From an uncultured Collinsella sp. (GTDB lineage: Bacteria > Actinomycetota > Coriobacteriia > Coriobacteriales > Coriobacteriaceae): a DNA stretch of 64,000 nucleotides. The notes under the pieces were generated by a model, which searched no databases, had not been told where the DNA came from, and worked only from the letters and a program-made list of their open reading frames with translations. The translations under genes and the position numbers were made by a program. Shown here piece after piece: positions 54,501-64,000 of the stretch (position 1 is its first letter; each line of letters opens with the position of its first letter). The stretch spans positions 7,284-71,283 of the forward strand of contig UQTD01000002.1 in NCBI GenBank assembly GCA_900543845.1, given 5' to 3'.

Positions 54501-56034
54501 TGGAGCAATTAATGACAGAGCCCTTTACCTGATTGCCAAGCGGACCAAACGACTTGCCGTCCATGGCCTGTTTGAGCTCACCGGCAAAAGAGACATTCTG
54601 GATGACGCCGGTGGAGCCAACGCTCGCAAACAGAGACTTAACGCCTCCCCCGTTGTCGAAGGTAATAGTGTGGCCCTGCCCGTCAAACGTGCAATTGAGC
54701 TCGCCTGTGGGTCCGAAGAACCATTCGTCATCAATCACAATGTCGTTATCGAGCACATAGTAGTTGCTCGCATCCTTGACGTTCATATACATGAAGTCAT
54801 CCTGCGACGAGATATGCTTGACGCTCTCCGGCTGGGCGACGGGAGCCGTCGGCTTCTTTTTCTCAAGCGCATCCGAGGCGTCATCGAGCTTTTTGACCGC
54901 CGCATTTACATCGGACTGAGATGCATCGTCGTTATCGTTGACGATTTTGGCGTCAGCAAGAGCAGCGGCAAAGGCGGACCAGGAATCCGTTGTGTAGTCT
55001 GACTCATTGAGCGCCTCGGCGGCCGTGATAGCCGCGACGAGCGCGTCCTTATTGACAACGACGGGGGCAGAGCCGCTCACAAGCAAGGGCAGGCCACCAT
55101 TGGACACCCAGGAAAAGCCAGTCGACGGCGTATCGGTATTGAGCACGTCGAGTGATTTAGCAGAAGAGAGGTCGGCGGCTTTAGCCGCGTTTCCCTTGTT
55201 AAAGCCGCTAGGGTTGTTTATCTCGGCAGGCGAAAAACCTACGGTATATAGGCAGTTCAACAGTGATCCGGCCTGAGCCTCACCGACCAGGCCACCGTTC
55301 ATCTCAACGCCTGAGCCGGCAAAATAGGAATTGACGATCTTTCCGGACGTCATACCGCCGACCAGGCCACCGGCACAGCCCATCCAGCCGATAAGGTTCA
55401 CACTCGCCGTGGACCAGCACATCTGGATGGTGCCAGAAAGTGTCATGGCAATGGAGCCCACATTGTCGGTGCTCGAGACCGAGCCCGTCACGCCCAGGTT
55501 CTGAATCGAGCCGGCCACATTATTCGCAACGGCCTTGCCGTTAATGGTGACCGTGTGGCCCTGGCCATCCAGGGTGCCGTCAACGGTCTCGATCTGCTGA
55601 TCAGTGCCCATCGAAATATTCGCGCCGAGCTTGACGGTCGCACCCGCCTCAATGGTCTCAGGCATATCGGCCGCATCGTTGACGACCACCGTCTCGCCCG
55701 AGTGCACTACCTTAGCGAAAGAACCTGCTTCTTCGACCTGTGCAGCCGGTACCGTTTCCTCGGACGCAATAGATTGCACGGCAACACCGGAGCTTTCCTG
55801 CTCCTGCGTGCTGCCGCCATCTGCCATGCCGGTTTCAGCGTCGGCAGAAGGCTCATCTTCATTAGGCCTGCCCTGCCCATCATCGCCCGCCGCGGTGACC
55901 TGATCGGCCGCCGCGGCTACGCCCGTGCTCACCTCCTCGGCAAACGCGGTCATTCCCGTGCTCGAACTGGCAAAGATAAACGCCATGAGCACGACGAGGA
56001 ATTTCCTCGTACCTGTTCGGATGTTGTTGAGCAT
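51505..56034 (-). CDS. Large cell-surface protein (1509 aa): signal peptide, parallel beta-helix (pectate-lyase-like) region, Ig-like repeats, prenyltransferase/squalene-cyclase-like alpha/alpha-toroid domain, C-terminal TM anchor
   Basis: RBS GGGGGAAAGG precedes ATG 56034 (signal peptide MLNNIRTGTRKFLVVLMAFIFASSS). Gly/Asn-rich repeats indicate a beta-helix. The QW-type motif SFQNPDGGF and a ~330-aa alpha-helical module match terpene-cyclase/prenyltransferase repeats. The C-terminus is AVTGVVVGIVCLAAIGAWFVRSRKSA. The track start at 56499 is too long. Confidence 0.65.
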   Translation of the reverse strand: MLNNIRTGTRKFLVVLMAFIFASSSTGMTAFAEEVSTGVAAAADQVTAAGDDGQGRPNEDEPSADAETGMADGGSTQEQESSGVAVQSIASEETVPAAQVEEAGSFAKVVHSGETVVVNDAADMPETIEAGATVKLGANISMGTDQQIETVDGTLDGQGHTVTINGKAVANNVAGSIQNLGVTGSVSSTDNVGSIAMTLSGTIQMCWSTASVNLIGWMGCAGGLVGGMTSGKIVNSYFAGSGVEMNGGLVGEAQAGSLLNCLYTVGFSPAEINNPSGFNKGNAAKAADLSSAKSLDVLNTDTPSTGFSWVSNGGLPLLVSGSAPVVVNKDALVAAITAAEALNESDYTTDSWSAFAAALADAKIVNDNDDASQSDVNAAVKKLDDASDALEKKKPTAPVAQPESVKHISSQDDFMYMNVKDASNYYVLDNDIVIDDEWFFGPTGELNCTFDGQGHTITFDNGGGVKSLFASVGSTGVIQNVSFAGELKQAMDGKSFGPLGNQVKGSVINCSTSVTGKGVAGFGRTLQGGVISNCMSTAASTGGVLFASYDSGQLINAYWQEGLTNKVVFPSDALVNSYAVDTDDMKTATFVENLNVNRGENGSVWGMGSDGFPHFGENLDHESSESPTASNKYEVKFTSARTGKTVTAADGVLCPSPDDVVVGENGAACVSGTLELDGLPKDAKVTWGTPDANRGDIAVNEETGLLHVYNDAVGTVTATLHKDDGTTENVATVVVKAVSKPIDDFQIWYNGANVTGGTIAVAGSEVKNLEVRVHYTDAAEGEYTPVSYARFRFVGTPANVLYSNPGSACFYFKKPGEATIRVSSRANLDIASKSVTVTSSYVPATSVSLGYNENGETVYLHGRNPLAKGAFLTDKAAPVVGPENASDRACYTVTSSDSAVAEYTTSGEIGFTPYKAGKTTFEATVENQDGSVISSGKREVIYAYRNPLKSVTITNVPASVKAGKTVELNLGYTGENDVEGWSVSEPGMKWSVTTEEGRDASDAVSIDRRALGDWKHVDGAPDDGLFVASGAYVLTANKAGTYTVTGTPIDQTAGAQAISFEITVDGIVASPDNEAKADEGTLSAAKYFDANRTIDAYTYGQEWEIYAFATSGRKIDDALIANYKKSLTVHKAEWSGNTAKVTDCERVALALTALGEDITSFDGVDLIADICSHEDLVASANNVVYALIALDEAGISNEVLRASGSSWTRAQLVCALLSFQNPDGGFTIDAGGASNVDMTAMALQALAPYVDNDACAVALASNGQPSVASAVDNALGFLRGQMNGLCDFGSVESNAQVLLALVALGKDPVNTKNGFATGANSLITAICAYEVADGKGYAHTMESDGKPGNANALATVQALRSLSAYKSAGSGVSWSKIGGVKAGVVEPGGSIKPVTPEVPVPTVPTKNSTPAVMPTGSQRGDGSGDKQGGSGMQEVVASQNVDANKGESDKKSGSDESSGSKTTSAAAASRKGALDGRGGVNPVAVTGVVVGIVCLAAIGAWFVRSRKSA

Positions 56035-56553
56035 CCTTTCCCCCTTGGTCTGGAAGATCACTACCCCAATAAGAATCGAGGCCGACCATGTAAAGGGAAA
56101 CGGGACACAGCGAAACGCCCGCACCTGACAGCATGCGGCAATGCCCCCGCATCGCATACGGGATGCTTGGAGCAAATATGATGTCATCTTCTGCTCACCG
56201 GAATCCAGCGGCTCCCAAAAGACCCTCGACACGAGAAGACCATGGGCAAGTAATCTGACTCGCGGGACAGCCCCGCACACAGTAACCGCCTTGCCTGGGA
56301 TTCCCACCCAGTTCCCTTTTATGCGCCAAGCGCACCCATGGTCCGGCTTCTTTTCAAACAGCATGTAATTGTATGGAAGACCAGACAACGAGCGTCCGCC
56401 GATATCACGCACACATAATTCACCGAAAATGTGGTTGAAAGTCCGCCAGGGCAACGACGAGACCTTTATCCGAAATGCAAAACGGGGCCGCAGCATCATT
56501 GCTACGACCCCGCCCGCTCAAGCAAACTCTCATTCCGAGACACTGCTGATCAG

Positions 56554-57306
<753 letters not shown>

Positions 57307-57318
57307 AATAGAACCTCC

Positions 57319-58629
57319 TTACAGACCAGCGATATGGTCGGCGGGCGTCGCGACAACCTGTCCGGCGCTCTTGGTGGGACGCTTCTTTTTGGTTTCGGCC
57401 GTACCCAGCAGCCTCGCCTCAAGACCGCTCACCAAGCGCGCAAGCGGCAGGGTAATGACCAGGTAGAACAGGGCAGCAACCACATACGGCGTAATGGAGC
57501 CCGTCGTGGCCACGATGGTGCGGGCGTTCATGACGATCTCGACCACGCCCACGGCCGCGAGCAGCGACGTATCCTTGTAAAGCAGGATGAACTCACTGGT
57601 CAACGTAGGCAGGACATTGCGGAACGTCTGCGGAATCATAACGTAGAGCAGCGTCTGGAAGGCGTTCATGCCCAGTGAGCGAGCAGCCTCATTCTGGCCC
57701 TTGGGGATCGACTGAATACCGGCACGGAAAATCTCGCACAGGTACGCAGACGAGTTCATGGCCATGACGATAACGCCCAGCACATAGTCGTCAACCTTGA
57801 CGCCGGCCAGCGGCAGGCCAAAGAACGCGATGTAGATCTGCAGGAACGCCGGCGTACCGCGGATGATATTCACATAGATGCCGGCAAGACAACGAAGGAT
57901 ACGCGACTTGGAAATGCGCATGAGCGACAGCGCAAAGCCAAAGGGAATGGCCAACGGAAATGCCACGAGCACGATCGAGAGCGACATGAGGAAGCCCTTA
58001 AAGACGATCGGCAGGCTCTGGACCAAAATGACCGGGTTTAAGAACAGGCGAAGGAACATGTTGGAATTCCATGCCTCGACCCACGGCTGCTCCTTAAGGT
58101 CGGCCAGGAAGTTATCGAATGCCGTCACGCCCTTGATCTCGACGGAAGGAATCTTGGAAATCTTCTTGGTCGAACCGTCGGCGAGCGTATAGGTGCCGCT
58201 AAAGGCCTCTTCGCCGCCCTCGACGGGAAACGTCACGCCGTAAACCTCGACACGGAAAAAGCCGCCGGCAGGCGCCGTCTCGCCAAAGTCGATCTTGAGC
58301 GTCTGGCCGTCAGCCTTGCACGTGGGCTTCATGGGCGTACGATCCATGAGGTCCTCGCCCGAGAGCATCGTCAATCGCGTGTCATCGGTACCAAACGTCG
58401 TGCCGTCGACAAACGTCAGCGAAAGACCGCTCAGCTCCTCGTCGGCATCGGCCTGAACTTCCCAGGTAATGCGCGTCTCGGTGCCGCCGACCACAGCGCT
58501 GCCCGAACCGGTATTGGGTCGGGCGGTAATCTTTGCGGTCTCAAGCGCCTGGGCGGTCGTGGGCACGCAGGCCCCCGCGCATACCAGGGCGAGCGCCACA
58601 GCCAGGGCACAGGCCAGCTTTTGGAGCAT
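57319..58629 (-). CDS. Polar amino-acid ABC permease (HisM/GlnP family) with an unusual ~210-aa N-terminal extracytoplasmic domain
   Basis: A signal peptide and beta-rich domain of unknown family are fused to a permease core that carries the EAA loop (EAARSLGMNAFQT). Confidence 0.7.
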   Translation of the reverse strand: MLQKLACALAVALALVCAGACVPTTAQALETAKITARPNTGSGSAVVGGTETRITWEVQADADEELSGLSLTFVDGTTFGTDDTRLTMLSGEDLMDRTPMKPTCKADGQTLKIDFGETAPAGGFFRVEVYGVTFPVEGGEEAFSGTYTLADGSTKKISKIPSVEIKGVTAFDNFLADLKEQPWVEAWNSNMFLRLFLNPVILVQSLPIVFKGFLMSLSIVLVAFPLAIPFGFALSLMRISKSRILRCLAGIYVNIIRGTPAFLQIYIAFFGLPLAGVKVDDYVLGVIVMAMNSSAYLCEIFRAGIQSIPKGQNEAARSLGMNAFQTLLYVMIPQTFRNVLPTLTSEFILLYKDTSLLAAVGVVEIVMNARTIVATTGSITPYVVAALFYLVITLPLARLVSGLEARLLGTAETKKKRPTKSAGQVVATPADHIAGL

Positions 58630-58798
58630 CGAGGGCAGTGGAAAACGCTGCTCCGCGGCCCCTTTGTTCAGTCGAGACAAGGTGGCTCCTATCGTAGAAG
58701 TTGCCGGCAAAACGAGACGGAAATGCTCTCCGTCAAGAGAAGCGCAAAGGCCCTCTCCGCCAAAACGGAAAGGGCCCGCGCGCAATCAAGTAGCTATT

Positions 58799-59659
58799 TT
58801 ACTTGATGTTATACTTAGCCATGAGGGCGTCGACGGTACCGTCGTCGGTCAGGTCCTTGATGGCCTGGTTGATGTCGTCCTTGAGCTTGGTGTTGCCCTG
58901 GTTGATGGCGATGGCGTACTCCTCGCCGGTGCTGATCTGCTTAATGGTCTGGCAGGTGTTGAACTGCTCGGCGGTCAGCTGGCTGGCAACGGAGCGGTTG
59001 GTGACTACGGCGTCGCCCTTATCGGACTGCAGGGCGCTGAAGCACTCGGTAGCGTCCTTGTAGGGGACGATCTTGGCCTTGGGGAAGTTCTCCTGGGCAA
59101 AGGACTCGGCGGTCGAGCCAGACTGGACGATGATGGTAGCGTCGGCGTTGTTGAGCTTCTCGCTGTAGTTGTCGGCCGTAATGTCGGTGTTATCGACCTT
59201 GGTCACGATAGCCTGATCGTCCATGTAGTAGGAATCGGAGAAAGTGACTTCCTTCTCACGCTCGGGCGTGTCGGTGATAGCCGCAATGGAGACGTCATAC
59301 TTGGCGCCCGAAGCGACGCCCGGAACCAGCGTGTCAAAGTCATTGTTGACGTACTCGACATCCAGGCCCAGCTTGTCGCCGATAGCCTTGATGAGTTCAA
59401 GGTCAAAGCCCTGATAATCGCCGTTGTCATCCTTGTACTCAAACGGAGCGTACTCGGCAGAGGTGCCGACGGTCAGCGTACCGTCCTTGACGAGCGCGTA
59501 CTCCTTGGAGCCGTCGACCTTCTCGACCTTAGCGTCGTCAGAGCTGCTGGAACCGGCATCAGAACCAGAGGTGGCGTTGGACGAGCCGCAGCCCGTCAGT
59601 GCGAGGGCGAGCGCCATGGCGCCCGTGGCGGCAAATGCGCCAAGCTTCTTGAGCTTCAT
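58799..59659 (-). CDS. Amino-acid ABC transporter substrate-binding lipoprotein (SBP family 3)
   Basis: Lipobox LTGCGSS. A GGAGAC RBS precedes ATG 59659. Type II periplasmic-binding fold motifs are present. Confidence 0.75.
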   Translation of the reverse strand: MKLKKLGAFAATGAMALALALTGCGSSNATSGSDAGSSSSDDAKVEKVDGSKEYALVKDGTLTVGTSAEYAPFEYKDDNGDYQGFDLELIKAIGDKLGLDVEYVNNDFDTLVPGVASGAKYDVSIAAITDTPEREKEVTFSDSYYMDDQAIVTKVDNTDITADNYSEKLNNADATIIVQSGSTAESFAQENFPKAKIVPYKDATECFSALQSDKGDAVVTNRSVASQLTAEQFNTCQTIKQISTGEEYAIAINQGNTKLKDDINQAIKDLTDDGTVDALMAKYNIK

Positions 59660-59806
59660 AATCAGTCTCCTTCCGGTGACCCCGTTTGATTCAGAGGTCT
59701 GCAAAAACTGATGGCTATTATGCACCCGCTTGGGAGAATCTGCAATTAGAAAACTGATTGAAACAAACCCATAACGTGAATGGAACACTCCACTTTGTGA
59801 CAGTCA

Positions 59807-60673
59807 TTACTGCTGTAACGACCTTAACAGTTTGATTTCAGCCGCATAACCTGCAAGTTCGTTCGGTGTCTCCAAAATATATGGAAGTGCACGCAAGCGG
59901 CTATTCGATACAATATTCTGCATAACCTGCATATCGCCGCCAAACTCTTCACTACCTAGATAGCCCTTACCGATGCATTCGTGGCGGTCCTTATGGGCGC
60001 CGCAGGGATTCTTGGAGTCATTGATGTGCACGGCGCGCAGGCGCTCGATACCCACCACACGATCGAACTCGTCGAGTACGCCGTCCAGATCATGGATGAT
60101 GTCGTAGCCAGCATCGCTCACATGGCAGGTGTCCAGACACACGCCCAGCTTGTCCGATAGCTCTGGACGTCTGGCAGCAACACCCTCGATAATGCGCGCC
60201 AGCTCTTCAAAGCTACGGCCCACCTCGGTGCCCTTGCCGGCCATGGTCTCGAGCAGCACCGTCGTCTGCTGGCCCTCAAACATCACCTGGCACAGGGTGT
60301 CGACGATCATCTGAATGCCGGCATCAGTCCCCTGCCCCACATGCGCACCGGGATGGAAGTTGTAGTAGTTGCCGGGCAGCGCTTCCATGCGCTGCAGATC
60401 CTCGGCCATGGCCTCCAGGGCAAACTCGCGCGCCCGCTCCTTAGCGGAGCAGGGGTTATAGGTATAGGGGGCATGCGCCACGAGTGGGCCGAAGTCGTTT
60501 TGCTCCATAAGCTCGCGCAGGGCCGCCACGTCATCCATGTCAAGATCTTTCGCCTTGCCGCCGCGCGGGTTGCGCGTAAAGAATGCAAAGGTATTGGCGC
60601 CAATGGATAGCGCCGTCTCCCCCATCGCCCGATAGCCCTTCGTCGTCGAAAGATGGCACCCAATCGTCAGCAT
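59807..60673 (-). CDS. nfo: Endonuclease IV (AP endonuclease, xylose-isomerase-like TIM barrel)
   Basis: Conserved HAPYTYN.., ..[11 protein letters not shown].. and ..CLDTCH.. metal-ligand contexts of Nfo. Confidence 0.8.
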   Translation of the reverse strand: MLTIGCHLSTTKGYRAMGETALSIGANTFAFFTRNPRGGKAKDLDMDDVAALRELMEQNDFGPLVAHAPYTYNPCSAKERAREFALEAMAEDLQRMEALPGNYYNFHPGAHVGQGTDAGIQMIVDTLCQVMFEGQQTTVLLETMAGKGTEVGRSFEELARIIEGVAARRPELSDKLGVCLDTCHVSDAGYDIIHDLDGVLDEFDRVVGIERLRAVHINDSKNPCGAHKDRHECIGKGYLGSEEFGGDMQVMQNIVSNSRLRALPYILETPNELAGYAAEIKLLRSLQQ

Positions 60674-60691
60674 CTCCAGCTCCCCCTCATC

Positions 60692-60776
60692 AGTTGCGGT
60701 GAAATAGTTCCTGTTTGGCCCCTATTCTGCCGCAAACAGGAACTATTCCACCGCAACTTATAAAAGGGGCATCAGA
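60692..60776. repeat. Long-stem hairpin repeat, copy 1 (cagttgcggtgaaatagttcctgttt..aaacaggaactattccaccgcaacttataaaaggggcatcag)
   Basis: A ~24-bp near-perfect stem with a 17-nt loop. A near-identical copy lies at 61877-61962 in the same orientation, so the two bracket the Gfo/Idh gene. Confidence 0.65.
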
Positions 60777-60844
60777 GATGCGGGCCGCCAAGCACTACGG
60801 CTACGGGCGCCAGCGTCATGATCCCCTACGCGTCAGCGCCAAGC

Positions 60845-61864
60845 CTAGAGGGCTAGACGGATTGCATCGATAATGCGCGCGCAGCGCTGTGTGGCGGCAA
60901 GGGGCATGACGGGACTCTCGAGTTTCCCCGCCCGGATGAGCTGGGTCGCATGCTGGATTTCGCCGTAGAAATCATCGACCTCAAACGGGGCATTTATTTC
61001 GAGCGTTCGCCCGTCGGAATACTTCACATGGGCGAGCTCGGGGCGATGGAGACGGTCGATTTCCAACGAGCCCCGCTCGCAGGCAATCGTTAAGCGGCTT
61101 TCATATGCTGCTTTGCCGTCGCACACCATATGAATGGGTATACCGCCGACACTCATATGGATCTCGTCGGCCCAATCGACGCGGCCGCCCGATACGTCAC
61201 GCCAGCGAACTTCACGGGACGAAACCTCGCACGCACCCGCGAGCAAATCCTCAAACCAACCGACCGCATAGCAGCCCATGTCATATAGACAGCCACCCTG
61301 CAACGGGTCGAGCAGATAACTCGAAGGGGGCTCACCATAATCGAGTTTTTGCACGCTTTCAATCGAGACGATACGGCCGAGCTCGCCCGACGCAAGCAAG
61401 CCCTTCACGCGAGTACGCATCGGACAAAACCGATTTTTCATCGCCTCCATAAACAGCACGCCGCGCTCACGGGAAACGGAGGCGATCGCATGGGCCTCTT
61501 CTTCATTCAAAACGGCCGGCTTTTCGCACAGCACGGCCTTTCCGGCGCGCAGCGCGCGACAGACCCAACGCGCATGCATGCCATGTGGAAGAGCCAAGTA
61601 GATTGCGTCGACATCGGGGTCGGCAATCAACGCATCATAAGCTGCATCGCCGTTATCGTCAGCCGTGGCATAACTGTGCGCGGCATCAATCGAAAACGCC
61701 CTGCAAAACTCCTCAACATGCGAAGGAGTGCGACCGGCGGCAGCCACAAGCCGTGCCCCGTCCACCTCCCTGAGCGACGATGCAAATCGATGCGAAATGC
61801 GCCCAGCGCCCAAAACGCCCCAACGAACCTCACGCAAATCATCACATGAATCCCGATGGCCCAC
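60845..61864 (-). CDS. Gfo/Idh/MocA-family NAD(P)-dependent oxidoreductase
   Basis: N-terminal ..RWGVLGAGRISHRF.. is the family's Rossmann. 339 aa. The gene is flanked on both sides by the long-stem hairpin repeats. Confidence 0.7.
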   Translation of the reverse strand: MGHRDSCDDLREVRWGVLGAGRISHRFASSLREVDGARLVAAAGRTPSHVEEFCRAFSIDAAHSYATADDNGDAAYDALIADPDVDAIYLALPHGMHARWVCRALRAGKAVLCEKPAVLNEEEAHAIASVSRERGVLFMEAMKNRFCPMRTRVKGLLASGELGRIVSIESVQKLDYGEPPSSYLLDPLQGGCLYDMGCYAVGWFEDLLAGACEVSSREVRWRDVSGGRVDWADEIHMSVGGIPIHMVCDGKAAYESRLTIACERGSLEIDRLHRPELAHVKYSDGRTLEINAPFEVDDFYGEIQHATQLIRAGKLESPVMPLAATQRCARIIDAIRLAL

Positions 61865-61876
61865 GACAGCCCCCTT

Positions 61877-61962
61877 CAGTTGCGGTGGAATAGTTCCTGT
61901 TTAAGCCCTATTTTGCCGCAAACAGGAACTATTCCACCGCAACTTATAAAAGGGGCATCAGG
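61877..61962. repeat. Long-stem hairpin repeat, copy 2
   Basis: cagttgcggtggaatagttcctgtttaagccctattttgccgcaaacaggaactattccaccgcaacttataaaaggggcatcag is about 95% identical to copy 1. Confidence 0.65.
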
Positions 61963-63145
61963 AGCGCGTTTTGCAAAAGGCCTTAAGCGCGGTCGTTACG
62001 GGGCCAGGCTGGAAACGTCGGCGCACATCGTCGAGACGCTCGGGAATATCGATGTGCTGCGGGCAGTGACGCGCGCATTTGCCGCACTTGACGCAATTGC
62101 TCACCAGCTTGGGCTCGCCTGTACGCACCGCGCTCGCCGTAAAGTATTGAGACAGCCCCGTAAACCAACTATGCGCGTAGCTCGCGTTGTAGGCGCCAAA
62201 GCAGCCGGGAATATTGATGCCCTTGGGGCACGGCATGCAGTAGCCGCACCCCGTACAGGGCACGCGATTCGATTTCTCAAACTCTCCCAGCACACGCGCG
62301 ATGGTATCGAGCTGCTCTGTTGTCATCGAATCCGGCAGTGCGCAATCCGCCAATGCCGCGTTCTCGTCCACCTGCGCGGTATCGGTCATGCCCGAAAGCA
62401 GCATCGTGACTTGAGGATGGTTCCACACCCACGAAAGGCCCCAAGCAGCCGGCGTCTTCAGATACGGATCGCGTACGTCATCGAGCACGGCGCGGGCCCG
62501 CGGAGGCAGCTTGCCCGCCAGGCGTCCACCCAAAAGCGGTTCCATCACAAACACCGCGAGCCCGCGCTCGGCAGCTGCCATGAGTCCCGCCGTTCCTGCT
62601 TGGTAGCGCTCTCCAGCGTAGTTGTACTGGATCTGGCAAAAGTCCCAGTCATACGCGTCAAGCATCGTGAGGAAGTCCGCCGCACTGCCGTGGTACGAAA
62701 AACCTATCTGGCGAATACGCCCCGCAGCCTTTTGGTGCGCAATCCAGTCCTCGATACCCAACGCTGCCACGCGCTCCCACTGCGCGGGCGAGGTGATGTT
62801 GTGCATGAGGTAGTAGTCGATATGGTCAGTCCGCAAACGGTGCAGTTGCTCGTCAAAAAAGCGGTCGAAATCCTCCGCGCATTTGCACGAAGCATGCGGC
62901 AGCTTGGTCGCGAGCAAAACCTGGTCGCGTAGGCCCAGGCGCTCAAGCGAAGCGCCCACGCAAGCCTCGTTGCCGGGATAGAGATAGGCCGTGTCCAGGT
63001 AGTTAATCCCCTGCTCCACCGCACGGGAAATGATGGCATCGGCTGTCTTCGCATCCGGGTGTCCCGGCGCACCGGGAAACCTCATGCAACCCAGCCCCAA
63101 CGCCGAGATACGGTTGCCGCTTTTGGGGTCAACGCGATATTGCAC
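61958..63145 (-). CDS. Aldo/keto reductase fused to a C-terminal 4Fe-4S dicluster ferredoxin-like domain
   Basis: AKR core (..GLGCMRF.., ..YLDTA..Y..G.E..) plus C-terminal CTGCGYCMPCP and CVKCGKCARHCP cysteine clusters. Confidence 0.75.
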   Translation of the reverse strand: MQYRVDPKSGNRISALGLGCMRFPGAPGHPDAKTADAIISRAVEQGINYLDTAYLYPGNEACVGASLERLGLRDQVLLATKLPHASCKCAEDFDRFFDEQLHRLRTDHIDYYLMHNITSPAQWERVAALGIEDWIAHQKAAGRIRQIGFSYHGSAADFLTMLDAYDWDFCQIQYNYAGERYQAGTAGLMAAAERGLAVFVMEPLLGGRLAGKLPPRARAVLDDVRDPYLKTPAAWGLSWVWNHPQVTMLLSGMTDTAQVDENAALADCALPDSMTTEQLDTIARVLGEFEKSNRVPCTGCGYCMPCPKGINIPGCFGAYNASYAHSWFTGLSQYFTASAVRTGEPKLVSNCVKCGKCARHCPQHIDIPERLDDVRRRFQPGPVTTALKAFCKTRS

Positions 63146-63307
63146 CGCCCCTCCTCTCCCCTCGAAGCCCTAATGAGGCGAAACACAATGGTCACGTCAT
63201 CGAAACACATTGGAATCGTAATCGAGAACGTATCGTAACGTAGCAGCAATCGAGCCGTCACGACACCGCTTTAACATCAGCAAAAAGCCCGATGAAAGGA
63301 GGCGAGC

Positions 63308-63502
63308 GTGACCACACGCGAGAATGCCTGCCCCTACCCCGGCGAGCAGTACATCCTCTCGGCCGATCGTTACCAGATCGAGGTCATGGACCATCTGGAC
63401 GAGCTTCCCGCCACAGGCGCCGTCATCTTCTGCACCTTCCCTAAGGTCCGCGATGGTGTCGGATACCCCGCGCGCGTCTTTGCGGTCTGCCCTGCAGCGT
63501 AG
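63308..63502 (+). CDS. Small hypothetical Cys-containing protein (64 aa)
   Basis: GTG start with a GAAAGGAGG RBS. Contains four cysteines, including C-P-Y-P and F-C-T-F-P contexts. No family assignment. Confidence 0.3.
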   Translation: MTTRENACPYPGEQYILSADRYQIEVMDHLDELPATGAVIFCTFPKVRDGVGYPARVFAVCPAA

Positions 63503-63623
63503 CGTCCAGGCAAACGTTTCTTTTTTATAACAGCCGTCCCGCGCACCCACCAATCACTCTGGCGGCATACAATCCATCAGGCGCCCCTTACGCGGGCGCC
63601 TTTTATATGGGGAGATGATTCAC

Positions 63624-64000
63624 ATGCAGATCAACAAGGTTGCTTTTATCGGCAAGGGCGGCGTCGGCCTGCTCTACGGCAGCATGATTGCCATGGCCCT
63701 CGGCAATGATGCCGTCGAATACGTTATGGATGACGCCCGTTTTGAGCGTCACGCGGGCGATGCGCTCACCGTCAACGGCGAGCCCTGTGCGCTCAAATCC
63801 GTCCGCGCCAGCGAGGCAACGCCCGCCGATCTGGTCATTCTCACGGTCAAGACGACTGGACTCAACCAAGCACTCAAGACTATGGAGCGCGTCGTGGGGC
63901 CCAATACGCTCATCGCCTCGCTGTGCAACGGCATTACAAGCGAACAAAAGATTGCCGAGCGCTTTGGCTGGAAGCGCACCGTCCTGGGTATCTGCCAGGG
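63624..64000 (+). CDS. panE: 2-dehydropantoate 2-reductase (ketopantoate reductase, ApbA/PanE family), 5' part; continues beyond the window
   Basis: N-terminal KVAFIGKGGVGLLYGSMIA (Rossmann) and ..DLVILTVKT.. are PanE signatures. RBS GGGGAG precedes ATG 63624. Confidence 0.7.
   Translation, partial: MQINKVAFIGKGGVGLLYGSMIAMALGNDAVEYVMDDARFERHAGDALTVNGEPCALKSVRASEATPADLVILTVKTTGLNQALKTMERVVGPNTLIASLCNGITSEQKIAERFGWKRTVLGICQ

Overview
High-GC (~60-63%) chromosomal segment from a Gram-positive anaerobe, most consistent with a Coriobacteriia-like (Collinsella/Olsenella-type) genome. The organism assignment is inferred from composition, AGGAGG-type ribosome-binding sites and gene content, not from any search. 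Most of the window is core metabolism: an ECF transporter (S component, fused EcfA-EcfA ATPase, EcfT); a lysine/diaminopimelate cluster (lysine riboswitch, in-frame LysA-DapA, DapB, DapH, divergent M20 deacetylase); aspartate racemase plus an ATP-grasp ligase (probable peptidoglycan D-Asp cross-bridge); ldh, nadE, ettA, pgi, nfo; and an amino-acid ABC transporter. Several accessory or unusual modules are interspersed. (1) A 22-codon leader peptide with three consecutive Trp codons followed by an intrinsic terminator, upstream of the ECF S component: a classical ribosome-mediated trp attenuator in front of a putative Trp transporter. (2) An islet carrying a tightly coupled GIY-YIG-nuclease-domain protein and ADP-ribosylglycohydrolase pair next to HigB/HigA and a small membrane protein. 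(3) A three-gene operon of a hypothetical protein, a ClpP-like serine protease and a soluble VirD4/TraG-like ATPase with no other type IV secretion or conjugation genes nearby; this is my best candidate for an undescribed system. (4) A 1509-aa cell-surface protein with parallel beta-helix repeats and a squalene-cyclase/prenyltransferase-like alpha/alpha-toroid module. (5) At least four small repeat families: REP-like intergenic elements, an exact 18-mer CCAAAAAGGGACAGGTTT hairpin motif, a ~200-bp AT-rich MITE-like element with 18-24 bp terminal inverted repeats, and ~85-bp long-stem hairpins in direct orientation flanking a Gfo/Idh oxidoreductase gene. The window also contains a Y-family polymerase with Cheo-type LexA boxes and a YolD-like partner, an SdpR/SdpI-like pair and a DUF4160/DUF2442 pair. 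No rRNA, tRNA or CRISPR arrays were seen. Many long antisense ORFs in the track are GC-driven shadows of real genes and were rejected.
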